Positions 27,001 through 36,490 of a stretch of 46,402 nucleotides of DNA are shown piece by piece (position 1 is the first letter of the stretch; each line of letters starts with the position of its first letter). The translations under genes were made by a program, and so were the position numbers. Source of the DNA: a virus (taxonomy: Duplodnaviria > Caudoviricetes). The stretch spans positions 1-46,402 of IMG/VR virus record IMGVR_UViG_3300033487_000013; one strand, given 5' to 3'. The notes below the pieces were generated by a model. That model ran no database searches and was not told the origin of the DNA. It saw nothing but the letters and a program-made list of their open reading frames with translations.

Positions 27001-27692
27001 TATCTTTTCTCCTTTCCTAATAGAGTCTTATAACAATGAGTTCTATATAAACAACGATCACAAGCTGAGTATTTGAATAATCCTACTGGTTCAAAGTTTC
27101 CTTTCAAAATATTATTACTAACAAAATAAATTACATCATTGAAAAATATATCAAACAATTTTTCATCGTGCTTATACTGAATAAGCTTTCCATCTAATCC
27201 GGCATAGAATAAATTAGGAGGAGTTTTATAAATTTGTGTATAAGCATAATGATAAAGCATGAACTGTGGATTGTTAGACAACGTAAGTGGATGACTTCTG
27301 GAAGTCTTCCAGTCATATACATTAGATGATTTAGAAAGTCTATCAAACTTTCCTACAAGATTTACCCCCTTTATTTTTGGATAAGGGATTGTAAAGTATT
27401 TTTCTACTACGTCCTTTTCATCTAGTAAATTTTTATAATTATCAAAGAAACCATGCACAGAGCTAAGAGCATGTCGAAGACCCGTTCTAGATAGTGCTGA
27501 GAAAGATTCTAAAAATACTGTTGCTTGATCTTCATCTCTCCAAAATTTTTCTATAGCTTTATGGACTATCTGCCCAATGAAAATTTCCTCAGTAGATACA
27601 GCTTCTTCTGGTTCAAATCTCCTATACCAATACATTCGATTGCATAGAAGGAAATCATTTATAGCTGAGGCAGATAGTCTTAGTTCTGTCAT
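27000..27692 (-). CDS. Cas4/RecB-like PD-(D/E)XK exonuclease
   Basis: LSAS.I..F..C, G..VH, GKFDRL, DWKT, QF.LY, CDRC.YR..C (four-Cys Fe-S pattern). Confidence 0.88.
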   Translation of the reverse strand: MTELRLSASAINDFLLCNRMYWYRRFEPEEAVSTEEIFIGQIVHKAIEKFWRDEDQATVFLESFSALSRTGLRHALSSVHGFFDNYKNLLDEKDVVEKYFTIPYPKIKGVNLVGKFDRLSKSSNVYDWKTSRSHPLTLSNNPQFMLYHYAYTQIYKTPPNLFYAGLDGKLIQYKHDEKLFDIFFNDVIYFVSNNILKGNFEPVGLFKYSACDRCLYRTHCYKTLLGKEKR

Positions 27693-28042
27693 AGTAATCC
27701 TGCCCTTTTGTTTGAAGATTCAGTTTGGTATACACTAATCATATCTCTAAACAACTGCATATAGGTTTTAGCTTTATCTAAATCTGCTGTAACTAAAGCT
27801 AGTTTTTCTCGTAGTGGCAGAATTTCATTGTTTATTCCTGTCACTTTAATTGTACTCTTTAAGAAATCCATTGATGCTGGCTTACCTCCAATCTTAATAT
27901 TCTCCATACCATACTTAATAGCTTGTGCCTCCGAGATCGCGATCTCATCTTCAACTGCTAATTTCACTATACTCATATCTCTAATACTATTAGCCAATTC
28001 AAACAGCACATCAAAATCTGGTAGCTTTATGTCGATTGCCAT
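27689..28042 (-). CDS. Coiled-coil protein, possibly a UvsY-like recombination mediator
   Basis: Helical 117 aa among recombination genes; function inferred from size and context only. Confidence 0.45.
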   Translation of the reverse strand: MAIDIKLPDFDVLFELANSIRDMSIVKLAVEDEIAISEAQAIKYGMENIKIGGKPASMDFLKSTIKVTGINNEILPLREKLALVTADLDKAKTYMQLFRDMISVYQTESSNKRAGLL

Positions 28043-28338
28043 TCATCCATCTCCTTTCTTAACTCCTCAAATCTTTTGCATATTGTAACATACATCTCAT
28101 CAGTTGTCAAGAGGGAATCTCTATCTACTCTATAGAGTCTCCAAGGACTAAAGTCTAAAGTAGTTACAAATCCATCGAAACCTAGATAATAATTTAATGT
28201 CTCTTTAATATCTTCAATCGTCATACCAGTATGTTTAGCAATCCTTTCGTTAGCTATTCCCGAAACTGAAAGAAGTAGTATATCCTTATTAGTCATAAAA
28301 TTTAAATGTTTTAAACTTTTTATATGTCTAAGTTTCAT
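28027..28338 (-). CDS. Small HTH-like protein
   Basis: SG..NE.IAKH.GM. Confidence 0.5.
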   Translation of the reverse strand: MKLRHIKSLKHLNFMTNKDILLLSVSGIANERIAKHTGMTIEDIKETLNYYLGFDGFVTTLDFSPWRLYRVDRDSLLTTDEMYVTICKRFEELRKEMDEWQST

Positions 28339-28741
28339 TTTCTGTTAGCTCCGAAATTAGATTCATAAGGTCAATAAAAATATCTATATCCATTACTACA
28401 AAATCTTCTACGCCGGATCTAGATCCAGAAAATCTACAGATTAGAAAAGGAATTGAATAGGTTCTGTTAGCTTCTTCTGCTACTTTATCTAACCATTCTT
28501 TCTTTACAGTAAGCTGTTTTGCTCCTCCGTACCCTACTTTAGCTTCTATCTTTATAGGTTTTCCTAATCCTACTACTCTTCCTTTTATATCTGAATATAA
28601 AGATGGTTCATCCAGTTGTGTACCCATAGCGCCTGATCCGGGAACTCTTTTAAATGTTCCCTTTTTAATTCTTTCATTTAGAATTTTTACTAAACTACGT
28701 TCCCAAGTTGTTCCCTTTATCTTTTGTTTGTTCGGTGTCAT
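28328..28741 (-). CDS. Hjc-type Holliday junction resolvase
   Basis: KG..WER.L, RVPGSGA, SDI, IEAK. Confidence 0.8.
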   Translation of the reverse strand: MTPNKQKIKGTTWERSLVKILNERIKKGTFKRVPGSGAMGTQLDEPSLYSDIKGRVVGLGKPIKIEAKVGYGGAKQLTVKKEWLDKVAEEANRTYSIPFLICRFSGSRSGVEDFVVMDIDIFIDLMNLISELTENET

Positions 28742-28925
28742 CCTTTCTCTCTTTCGGATCATCAATCCACAGATAATCTAATTCATACAGCTTATATTTT
28801 TCTATATAGTCAAGCACTTCTTGTTCTGTCCATACATGCCAAGAAGCCCGTCCGTGTGCGGCAATATCAACCACAAAACTACCATGAGTTAAGTAAAAGT
28901 GTTCAAAATCAAATATCCTACTCAT
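28695..28925 (-). CDS. Hypothetical protein
   Basis: ATGA overlap; GAAGGA RBS. Confidence 0.5.
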   Translation of the reverse strand: MSRIFDFEHFYLTHGSFVVDIAAHGRASWHVWTEQEVLDYIEKYKLYELDYLWIDDPKERKDDTEQTKDKGNNLGT

Positions 28926-29137
28926 GTTGTCCTTCTCGTTTGTACGGACGGTGGCGTATGCCTTATCCCAAGTAGGGGATAAAAACCAATCAACGCCTCC
29001 ATCAGTTTCGCATTTGTCGCATTAGCCGCCGCCAATTCAGAAGTCAGTCGATCATACTCGGCAAGAATTATCTTTCTTACTGATTTCGGACTATCACCCA
29101 TATCGTCCAATGCCTGTATCATTTCATCCCGTGTCAT
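28922..29137 (-). CDS. Coiled-coil hypothetical protein (paralogue of 36491-36814)
   Basis: MTRDE...AEYDRLT...NAKLMEALI; GAGG RBS; visibly higher GC. Confidence 0.6.
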   Translation of the reverse strand: MTRDEMIQALDDMGDSPKSVRKIILAEYDRLTSELAAANATNAKLMEALIGFYPLLGIRHTPPSVQTRRTT

Positions 29138-29144
29138 CTTTACC

Positions 29145-30428
29145 TCATTTTATCTTATTGGTCTGTTCATCATACTTTAGAAAGATAGATCCAGTAGGGC
29201 CATTTCTTTGCTTGAGTAAAATGAATTCCATTATTCCTTTATCTTTAGTATCTTTATTATATTTAGAGTCTCTGTATAATCCTACTACTACATCTCCATC
29301 TTCTTCTAGATTTCCGGACTGTCTTAGGTCAGCAAGTCTAGGTCTTTTATCATCTCTCATTTCTACTTGTCTATTTAATTGTGAACAAATTCCAAATACA
29401 ATTTCTAATTCTCCGGCTAATAATTTAGCTCTTCTAGAAATTCTACCCAACTCTGCTGTTTGATCCGCACCCCTTTCTGCTAAGATTTGAATATAATCTA
29501 ACCAAGCCATATCAATATTGTATTTATATTTATATTTCCTTACTGTAGTTTCTAAATACCCCAAAGAAGGAGTGAAACTAGAGTCAATATATATTGGTAA
29601 AGTTTTAAATAATTCAAAAGATTTTTTAATTAATTCTAAATCAACCGTGCTTAGACTTCCCATTCTTATATTAGGAGACAAAGGAATTCCAGTCTCCATA
29701 GAAATTAGTCTATCTAAAAGACTTCGCTTATCCATCTCTAGAGAAAATATAAGACTAGAAATTCCTTGTTTAGCCCCCTCTAAAACAAAGTCTAACATCA
29801 GGGATGTTTTACCATGTCCGGGTCTGCTGGCTATAAACCATAATTCTGCTGGATTCATTCCAGCGGTGATCATATCTACTTCTTTATTTCCTGTAGTCAA
29901 TCCACTTATTCCGGGGTTTTCTATTCTCTCTAATAAACTATCCCATGAATCTTTAAGTAGATCCCCTAGCTTAGAAACATAACTTCCGTTCCCTACCTGT
30001 GTTAAAGAATCTAATTGATTTCTTAAAGTTAAAATTAAATTATCTACGTTCGCTGGATTCTTTAGATTAGTATTTGCATCCTTAGTTATCTGTAAAAGTT
30101 TTATAGCTTTATAACTATCTACGACTATCCTTTCAAATTCTTTTAAGTTTGTAGAATCTACACTGAGATCATATAAATATTTTAGATAATCTTCTCCTCC
30201 TACTTCTTCTAAGACTCCTTTAGATTGTAGATTAGCTACTATCAATCTCATATCTGGATTTAGATTTTCTTCTAAAAGATCTTTCAACAATTTAAATATA
30301 ATTCTATGAGGTTCTATTGATAACATTGAAGGATTAAAATCATGTATTTCTAAAATTTTACTAGGATTATTTAATATAATACTAATAAAAGCTACTTCTA
30401 CTTCTGGATCAAATAATTTAATTGTCAT
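29145..30428 (-). CDS. dnaB: Replicative DNA helicase
   Basis: ASRPGHGKT, FSLEM, DYIQ, SQLNR, DLRQSG.LE.D.D, KQRNGPTG. Confidence 0.95.
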   Translation of the reverse strand: MTIKLFDPEVEVAFISIILNNPSKILEIHDFNPSMLSIEPHRIIFKLLKDLLEENLNPDMRLIVANLQSKGVLEEVGGEDYLKYLYDLSVDSTNLKEFERIVVDSYKAIKLLQITKDANTNLKNPANVDNLILTLRNQLDSLTQVGNGSYVSKLGDLLKDSWDSLLERIENPGISGLTTGNKEVDMITAGMNPAELWFIASRPGHGKTSLMLDFVLEGAKQGISSLIFSLEMDKRSLLDRLISMETGIPLSPNIRMGSLSTVDLELIKKSFELFKTLPIYIDSSFTPSLGYLETTVRKYKYKYNIDMAWLDYIQILAERGADQTAELGRISRRAKLLAGELEIVFGICSQLNRQVEMRDDKRPRLADLRQSGNLEEDGDVVVGLYRDSKYNKDTKDKGIMEFILLKQRNGPTGSIFLKYDEQTNKIK

Positions 30429-30810
30429 CAAAAGCACCTTTATATTTTTCTACATCTATATTCTGCTTGTCTATCTTCTTTTTTAATCGAGTAACATAGT
30501 CTGACAAGTCAGTATAAGAAATTGGATCTTCAGTATCTTTAGACATTCTTTTCTTTATAAGATATGATAAAATTCCATATGGGCCTCTATCTAAATCTAT
30601 ATTATCTAAATCATATAAGTCTAAGATAGCAAAGAATACTCTTTCTCTTCCGTATAATCTAACTAATTTGCCCATCAAAACATAATACTTAGAATCCTTT
30701 TCATCTTTATTGAATAAGCTACAATAGAAATTAGACAAGAGTACATGAGGACTTTTAGCCTTATGTAAATTTTCATAATAGTAAGCAGATAAGTTTTCTG
30801 GTTCAGTCAT
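30418..30810 (-). CDS. Hypothetical protein (possible helicase loader)
   Basis: Overlaps the dnaB start; AAAGGA RBS; function from position only. Confidence 0.55.
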   Translation of the reverse strand: MTEPENLSAYYYENLHKAKSPHVLLSNFYCSLFNKDEKDSKYYVLMGKLVRLYGRERVFFAILDLYDLDNIDLDRGPYGILSYLIKKRMSKDTEDPISYTDLSDYVTRLKKKIDKQNIDVEKYKGAFDDN

Positions 30811-30833
30811 TTATTGTCCTTTCAAGAAAATTT

Positions 30834-30899
30834 CGGGAGGTAATGATTTGCACATCTTTTGACTTACTCCTCAGAGTATAACGCCTATTACGCTCTCCC
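30834..30899 (-). pseudogene. Degenerate tRNA-like element
   Basis: GGGAG/CTCCC closing stem; D-like arm AGCG-TAATAGG-CGTT; TACTC-TGAG-GAGTA hairpin; T-like arm GATG-TGCAAAT-CATT. Confidence 0.35.
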
Positions 30900-30915
30900 T
30901 TAAGAACCTCTCCTT

Positions 30916-31719
30916 TTAGTTACTACTTAATTGATTGAAATAATCCTCAACAGATGCTAACAATTCTGCTCTCTTTTCAGGAGTGATATCATCAGAAATT
31001 TCTACATCATCAATACCTACACCAGCTTTTCTAGCCGCAAAAATATCTTTCAAAGAAACGCCAGACATTCGTTTGATCATTTCTTCTTTAGATAAATTAA
31101 TAGCTACTCTACGTGAATCTAATAGAGTAAATTCTGCTGGATCGATTTTTTCAAAATTAGATGTAGGAATAGGAACAGTTGCATTTCCCTGAACATGAAG
31201 AACAATATCATATTCTGTAGGACTTAGAACATTACCTTCTGGATCTAAAATCTTTTGATCTGCAATAGCCTGAAATACACTCCCTGCTCTGCTAAATAAT
31301 TTTACTTTGTTTGAGGGGGCAGGTACTACATTGGCAAGCATCTGACCACACTCGCCGCAAGCGGCGGCAAAATTAGTAGTCATGCCAATAGGGGTATTTT
31401 CGGCATTACATTTTGGACATACTTTAGTCATGGTTCTATCCAAGACATTGACAGCACCACGTTCTTGTTTCCAAGTAAATCCCTGAATATCTTTAGCCCG
31501 TTTAAAATCTCCGCTTACTTCTGCTAAAATCTTTTTATTGAATTCACACTGAGGACAATCATCCTCAAGACAAAATACTGCACCCCCACCAATCCAATGC
31601 TGATTATAAGTAAAGGATTCAGGCTCTAGAATTCTAATCGTATGCTGTCCGGGGGTAAGTCTAAGAAACTCAACCTTTTCAAATTCTCTTGTACTTCTCT
31701 TACTAGTGAAAAATGACAT
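30916..31719 (-). CDS. gp32-like single-stranded DNA-binding protein with zinc-ribbon insert
   Basis: IRIL, HW, C....CP.CE, VNVLDR, CPKC...CGEC, acidic C-terminus. Confidence 0.72.
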   Translation of the reverse strand: MSFFTSKRSTREFEKVEFLRLTPGQHTIRILEPESFTYNQHWIGGGAVFCLEDDCPQCEFNKKILAEVSGDFKRAKDIQGFTWKQERGAVNVLDRTMTKVCPKCNAENTPIGMTTNFAAACGECGQMLANVVPAPSNKVKLFSRAGSVFQAIADQKILDPEGNVLSPTEYDIVLHVQGNATVPIPTSNFEKIDPAEFTLLDSRRVAINLSKEEMIKRMSGVSLKDIFAARKAGVGIDDVEISDDITPEKRAELLASVEDYFNQLSSN

Positions 31720-31720
31720 T

Positions 31721-32011
31721 TTATATCTCCTTGGGGTTTAATAATTCTCTCAGTTCGCCCATTACATTTGACGACAACTCTTCCAATTTAGGAATACTAT
31801 CTTCTAAGGGCAGTTCATCGAGTTTTTCTGATAACTTTAGGTACTTTCTAAATGTTAATTCTATATCTAACAGCATGAGTAATTTGATTTTGTTTGATAT
31901 TATATGATCAGTAGCTACCTCCTCTGGAATTGAAGTAAAATTCTCAATCACTTTCATCGTATTAAAATTACTGATAAAAAATGTACGCTCTATTCCAATA
32001 ATCCTGTCCAT
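31721..32011 (-). CDS. Hypothetical protein
   Basis: GAGGAAG RBS. Confidence 0.6.
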   Translation of the reverse strand: MDRIIGIERTFFISNFNTMKVIENFTSIPEEVATDHIISNKIKLLMLLDIELTFRKYLKLSEKLDELPLEDSIPKLEELSSNVMGELRELLNPKEI

Positions 32012-33024
32012 TCGTCTTCCTCCTCTACAACCTTTTGGTATCGTTTGACACTATCATAACACCCTTTTTTGATTTTGTCAAGAGTTTCTGGATGATCTTT
32101 TAGATATTCCTTGGTTTGATCCATTCCCTGACCCATCTGTTCTTCTTCAAAGAAGTACCAAGTTCCTTTTTTCTTGATAACTCTCAGCATAAAAGCAAAA
32201 TCTATTGCATCTCTATAAAAATCTATCCCCTTTCCGAAGATCAAGGGCATTGTATACTCCCTGAATGGAGGAGAAAGTTTGTTCTTCTTAGTTATAAACT
32301 TACAATCCATCCCTATAGAATACCCATCTTGAATATATTTCTGTCCAGCAGACAGGAAAATAAGTAGAGATGAATAGTGCTTTAGTGCATGACCTCCGGG
32401 TAAGATATAACCTCCATGATATGCTCCAATATTATCTCTTACTTGATTTACAAAAACCAAAGCAATCTTATTCTTTTTTATATTGTGGATATTCCTTCTA
32501 AAAAATGGTGTCAATAATCCTGATTGTAAAGCGACATTTCTATCTTCTAATTCTTTTTCCTTTTCTCTCTTTGGGGCTAAAGCGGCTACAGAATCTATAA
32601 TGATTAATGAAAATTCTCCGGGAATTATTTCAAATTTAGTATCACCATTGATAAACATTTCAACTAAATTCAAAGCATCTTCGGCTGTATCTGGTTGCAC
32701 CATAAGAAAATTCTTAATATCAAATTCTCCTACTATTGCCCTTACAGTAGTAAAGTCTAAACTATGCTCTAGATCTACATAAACGACTTTCTCTCCTTTA
32801 TCTAAAGCTTGTTTGACAATCTCCAGACATAAAGTAGTTTTTCCTACTCCTTCTGCTCCATAGATAGTTGTGATTCTTCCTTTAGGAATTCCACCAACTC
32901 CAACAGAAACATCTAGAGACAATGAACCCGTAGATATCACGTCTATTTCATCTCCTTCCTCGTCAGTAATGATAAAGAAGTCTCCAAATTTTTTAGCTAA
33001 TCTATCTACTAAAGAATTAGTCAT
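31990..33024 (-). CDS. recA: RecA recombinase
   Basis: ISTGSLSLD..GVGG.PKGRI, GAEGVGKTT, IDSVAAL, NQVR, GGHALKHY, KNK..PPF. Confidence 0.95.
   Translation of the reverse strand: MTNSLVDRLAKKFGDFFIITDEEGDEIDVISTGSLSLDVSVGVGGIPKGRITTIYGAEGVGKTTLCLEIVKQALDKGEKVVYVDLEHSLDFTTVRAIVGEFDIKNFLMVQPDTAEDALNLVEMFINGDTKFEIIPGEFSLIIIDSVAALAPKREKEKELEDRNVALQSGLLTPFFRRNIHNIKKNKIALVFVNQVRDNIGAYHGGYILPGGHALKHYSSLLIFLSAGQKYIQDGYSIGMDCKFITKKNKLSPPFREYTMPLIFGKGIDFYRDAIDFAFMLRVIKKKGTWYFFEEEQMGQGMDQTKEYLKDHPETLDKIKKGCYDSVKRYQKVVEEEDEWTGLLE
32053..32081 (-). promoter_or_regulatory. sigma70-type promoter inside the recA 3' end
   Basis: TTGACA-17 nt-TATGAT with TG extension. Confidence 0.7.
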
Positions 33025-33220
33025 GTTTGTTCTCTTTTAGAAATACATAATACTTGTTCTCAACCTCATTAGCTAAACTACTATCTTCTAGAGAAACAAC
33101 CAAATCATCTAAGTTATACTCTTTTATCCCTGTAATAATAACCTCTCCTAGTTTGCTTAGAGTGAATGGAATTAACTCTCCGGTATATTTATTCTTCACT
33201 ACTATCAGTCTCGGATTCAT
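33017..33220 (-). CDS. Hypothetical protein
   Basis: AGGAGG RBS. Confidence 0.55.
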   Translation of the reverse strand: MNPRLIVVKNKYTGELIPFTLSKLGEVIITGIKEYNLDDLVVSLEDSSLANEVENKYYVFLKENKHD

Positions 33221-33503
33221 TATAACCTCCTAGAATTTTTTCCAATGGCATCAGTCCTTCTTCTCCTCTAGCCGCTTTCTGAAAATTTTCAAAAGTGGTT
33301 TGTAAATACTTAAGCTTGAAAACAAAAACTCCAGAGTGAATGTCCTGTGCTGTGGGTCTGCCTCCCTTCGTAAATATTAATATAGCGTTATGTTCTTTGT
33401 CCTTCATAAGAGGAACTTCTTCGTCCTTCATAACAAATTTAGCTATATCATCTACTGTCGGGAATAAAACATATGTAACAAAATCGGGATTCGGTTCTTC
33501 CAT
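33189..33503 (-). CDS. Hypothetical protein
   Basis: Start moved to MEEPNP, after GGGAGG. Confidence 0.6.
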   Translation of the reverse strand: MEEPNPDFVTYVLFPTVDDIAKFVMKDEEVPLMKDKEHNAILIFTKGGRPTAQDIHSGVFVFKLKYLQTTFENFQKAARGEEGLMPLEKILGGYNESETDSSEE

Positions 33504-33504
33504 A

Positions 33505-33690
33505 TTAACCTCCCTGCTCTTTTCGCCCATAATCTTCTCTAATACGCCAAATGTCTTGAATAGGGTACTTATCAACAATCTCACCTTTTCGATAAATACA
33601 ATAAAATTTCCCCTTTTCATACACATTAATTACATCGGTATACTCAATAGGCTGTGATTGAGTTTTTAAATGAACAATTACAAATTTCAT
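33505..33690 (-). CDS. Hypothetical protein
   Basis: Start moved to MKFVIV, after AAGGAGG. Confidence 0.6.
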   Translation of the reverse strand: MKFVIVHLKTQSQPIEYTDVINVYEKGKFYCIYRKGEIVDKYPIQDIWRIREDYGRKEQGG

Positions 33691-33691
33691 A

Positions 33692-35542
33692 TCAACCTCC
33701 TTTAGTCCAAAATTTAGAAATCTTGCTATCAACAGCGGCTGGAATTTCTTTTAGAAAAGGTTGCTCTGCTTTTAGCATTTGATCTAGAATAAATTGCTGT
33801 GCGGGTTCTTTTATTTCTTCTTTTACCATACAAATAATTTCATCATGTACTTGCAATAAAGGTTTTAAATCTTCTCCAAATGGATTATTATAAAATATAT
33901 TGCATAAAGCTATCTTAATAATGTCTGCTCCTCCTCCTTGAAATGGATGGTTAAATCCTTCTCTTTTTATTCTACCCATATACCTACGATAAGATGATGC
34001 ATCTGGAAATAAAATTGGAATTTCAAAATATCTTTTTCTACCTAAAGGAGTTACAGAAAGTTTCCTTTCTATTATTTTTTCTTCAAAGATAGATTTGAAA
34101 GCCGCTAAAGTAGAATAAGTTTTATATAAAGCTTCTATCATTTCCTCTGCTTCTTCCAATGGAATTTCAAATTTCTTTGATAATCCCCAAGCGGATGTTC
34201 CATATAAAATTGCAAAGTTAACGTTTTTAGCAATGGATCTTGGTTTTCCAATTACCGCCGCCGTTTTAGTATGAATATCTTCTCCAGCTAAATAAGCATT
34301 AATGATTTCTTTTTCTCCCGTTACTGCTCCAGCTAATCTATACTCTTGTTGTGAGTAATCACAAGAGATTAGAACATACCCATCATCCGCTAAGAAACAG
34401 TTTCTGTATTCTTCTTCTCTAGGTATATTCTGTAAGTTTGGCTTCTTACTAGAAAATCTACCAGATACTCCACCAAAAGTATGATACTCTGTATGTATCT
34501 TCTTAGTTACAGGATTGATAAAAGGGGAGAAGCTATCTCCATAAGTAGAAACTTTTTTCTCTGCCTCTCTATATTTCAGAAGATAGTCTATTATAGCGTT
34601 GTCTTTATAATCTGTCAATACTTTTTCTTCAGTAGAAGTTATATCAAATCCTAAATATCTTAATACTTCTAGGCATTGTATAGGAGAACTTATCTTGAAA
34701 TTTTCTACAAAGTAAATCCTAATTAGGTCTGTATCTTCCAATGATTTTAATATTTCTCTTATCTTTTTTCCTTTAGCTGGAATACTAAATCTATCGCCCA
34801 TATCTAAAGCATTGCTAAATTCAGTAAAATTTATTAATTCAACGATAGAATTAATAAATTTAGTTTTATATTCTCTAGAAATTCTTTCAGCTTCTTTTCC
34901 TTTTAGTAGCCACGCCTCAAGATCGAATTTGATCCCGTTCAATTCCATTCTGACTACCACAGGGATTACTCTCATTTCCAAATCATAGACTCTTTTTTGA
35001 TTACTCTTATCTATTTCTTCTAACTGAGCAACCATTATTTCATGCAGGTAATTTACGTCTGTAGCTGAATAAACTAGTTTCTCTTGTGTAAGAACTCCGT
35101 CATAATTTATAAAGCTTGCTCGGATATCTTTTTCTATTTCTATATTCAAATATTTTTTCAGTAGAAATTTTAACGATGGATATCGATCTCCTAATCCATT
35201 AGTACAGATTATTTCAGAAATAAAAGTATCATGAATTTTAGTAATTAATTCTCCGTAATGATAGAAAATAAATTTCAGATCAAATTTAGCGTTCTGTAAT
35301 ATACACAATTTTTGACCTGAATTAATCAGCGATAAAATATATTTTGTATTTTTATTTCCTAAAGAATCTACATCAAACAAATAAATATTGTCGTTTACTT
35401 TAGCTTGAACTAATACTACTCTATCTAAGATTGGATCTAGTCCTGTAGTTTCTATGTCCAAAGATATAAAAGATGCTTTATCTAAATCCTTTTGAAATTT
35501 TTGAATCCCTTCCTTAAGATCCGTTATTAGCGTAAACTCCAT
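33692..35542 (-). CDS. polA: Family A DNA polymerase with 3'-5' exonuclease domain
   Basis: DIETTGL, NAKFD, YSATD; GRFSS..PNLQNIP, DYSQQE.R, R..AK.VNF..LYG, QG..AD..K, VHDE. Confidence 0.95.
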   Translation of the reverse strand: MEFTLITDLKEGIQKFQKDLDKASFISLDIETTGLDPILDRVVLVQAKVNDNIYLFDVDSLGNKNTKYILSLINSGQKLCILQNAKFDLKFIFYHYGELITKIHDTFISEIICTNGLGDRYPSLKFLLKKYLNIEIEKDIRASFINYDGVLTQEKLVYSATDVNYLHEIMVAQLEEIDKSNQKRVYDLEMRVIPVVVRMELNGIKFDLEAWLLKGKEAERISREYKTKFINSIVELINFTEFSNALDMGDRFSIPAKGKKIREILKSLEDTDLIRIYFVENFKISSPIQCLEVLRYLGFDITSTEEKVLTDYKDNAIIDYLLKYREAEKKVSTYGDSFSPFINPVTKKIHTEYHTFGGVSGRFSSKKPNLQNIPREEEYRNCFLADDGYVLISCDYSQQEYRLAGAVTGEKEIINAYLAGEDIHTKTAAVIGKPRSIAKNVNFAILYGTSAWGLSKKFEIPLEEAEEMIEALYKTYSTLAAFKSIFEEKIIERKLSVTPLGRKRYFEIPILFPDASSYRRYMGRIKREGFNHPFQGGGADIIKIALCNIFYNNPFGEDLKPLLQVHDEIICMVKEEIKEPAQQFILDQMLKAEQPFLKEIPAAVDSKISKFWTKGG

Positions 35543-35554
35543 TTGTAATCCTTT

Positions 35555-35947
35555 CTAATGCCCTAGAATTTCAACAATTTTCTTTCTAGATATCCAATAA
35601 AATTCTGTAGATAAAGTATTATTAATTAGCTGCTTGACTTCTTTTAGTCTTTTTCTAAGTTCTTTATTAAAGCATCTCTCCTTTTTATTAATTTGATTTA
35701 CCATTAGACTACTATCTGAAAAAATTACCCATTTTATATCTTTACTAGAATAAGAATCTGTTACAGAAATAAATCTTAATAATTCTAGCAGACTATCATA
35801 TTCTGCTTGGTTACTAGTTTTACTTTCTAGTTTGAAAGTTCTTCTAGTTACTTCTTGATCTCCCAAATAAACTGCATAACTTCCATAAGCGTTGTTATGA
35901 TTATGGTTGTTACACCCTCCATCTACATAAGCTGTAAATATATCCAT
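35555..35947 (-). CDS. rnhA: Ribonuclease HI
   Basis: YVDGG, TSNQAEY, SDS.L.VNQ, WISR. Confidence 0.85.
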   Translation of the reverse strand: MDIFTAYVDGGCNNHNHNNAYGSYAVYLGDQEVTRRTFKLESKTSNQAEYDSLLELLRFISVTDSYSSKDIKWVIFSDSSLMVNQINKKERCFNKELRKRLKEVKQLINNTLSTEFYWISRKKIVEILGH

Positions 35948-36135
35948 CCTACTCCTTTTAAATTTTTAAAAATTCAGCGTATCCTTTCACCTAATCTTCT
36001 ATTAATCTTAAAAATCTAAGTCTATATCGCTTAAATCTTAACTCTTTTTTAATTAGATCTCTCCTCCTCACCACCTTTTTTCTAAACTTTTATTTTTTTT
36101 AATTTCTCTTTTTTAATTGGGTCTTGACACCGCAA

Positions 36136-36288
36136 TTATACCATATTCAATTTTGATTGTTTAACTTTACCTATATATAGTATACCATATTTGATCGAGT
36201 CAATGACATTGGATCAGCCCATTTTGGAAAACTCTAATCTTCTCTTAATGTATTGGATGTCATTGACCTACTCAAAGTGTGCTATAAT
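36136..36288. promoter_or_regulatory. Divergent promoter region with paired palindromes
   Basis: Minus-strand TGGTATAAT (36136-36144) and TGGTATACT (36179-36187); plus-strand TGCTATAAT (36280-36288); inverted 11-mers at 36199-36209 and 36257-36267. Confidence 0.7.
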
Positions 36289-36309
36289 AGATTATAGGAG
36301 AATGGATAA

Positions 36310-36338
36310 AGTATAATACATATCAAGGAGGTTGTCAA
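36310..36338 (-). promoter_or_regulatory. Near-consensus sigma70-type promoter for the replication arm
   Basis: TTGACA-17 nt-TATACT. Confidence 0.75.
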
Positions 36339-36490
36339 GATGGGCATAGAAAAATGGTACAAATTTTTGGAATGGGCTGGAGTTATTTTGCTCAGTATGT
36401 GTATGATTGCAGGGTTTATTTCAATTTTACTTTTAATTGTAAGTCTTTTTGTTCTTACAATTGGATTATTCTTCTAGAACGGAGGACGAT

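Noticed and set aside
27000-27692. Cas4-like gene as evidence of a CRISPR-Cas system
   Set aside because: No repeat-spacer array or other cas genes seen; solo Cas4-like nucleases are common in phage recombination modules
16551-33657. Short plus-strand ORFs in the middle arm (e.g. 16551, 17046, 23101, 26194, 27828, 29110, 29518, 32483, 33340)
   Set aside because: Antisense shadows of conserved minus-strand genes
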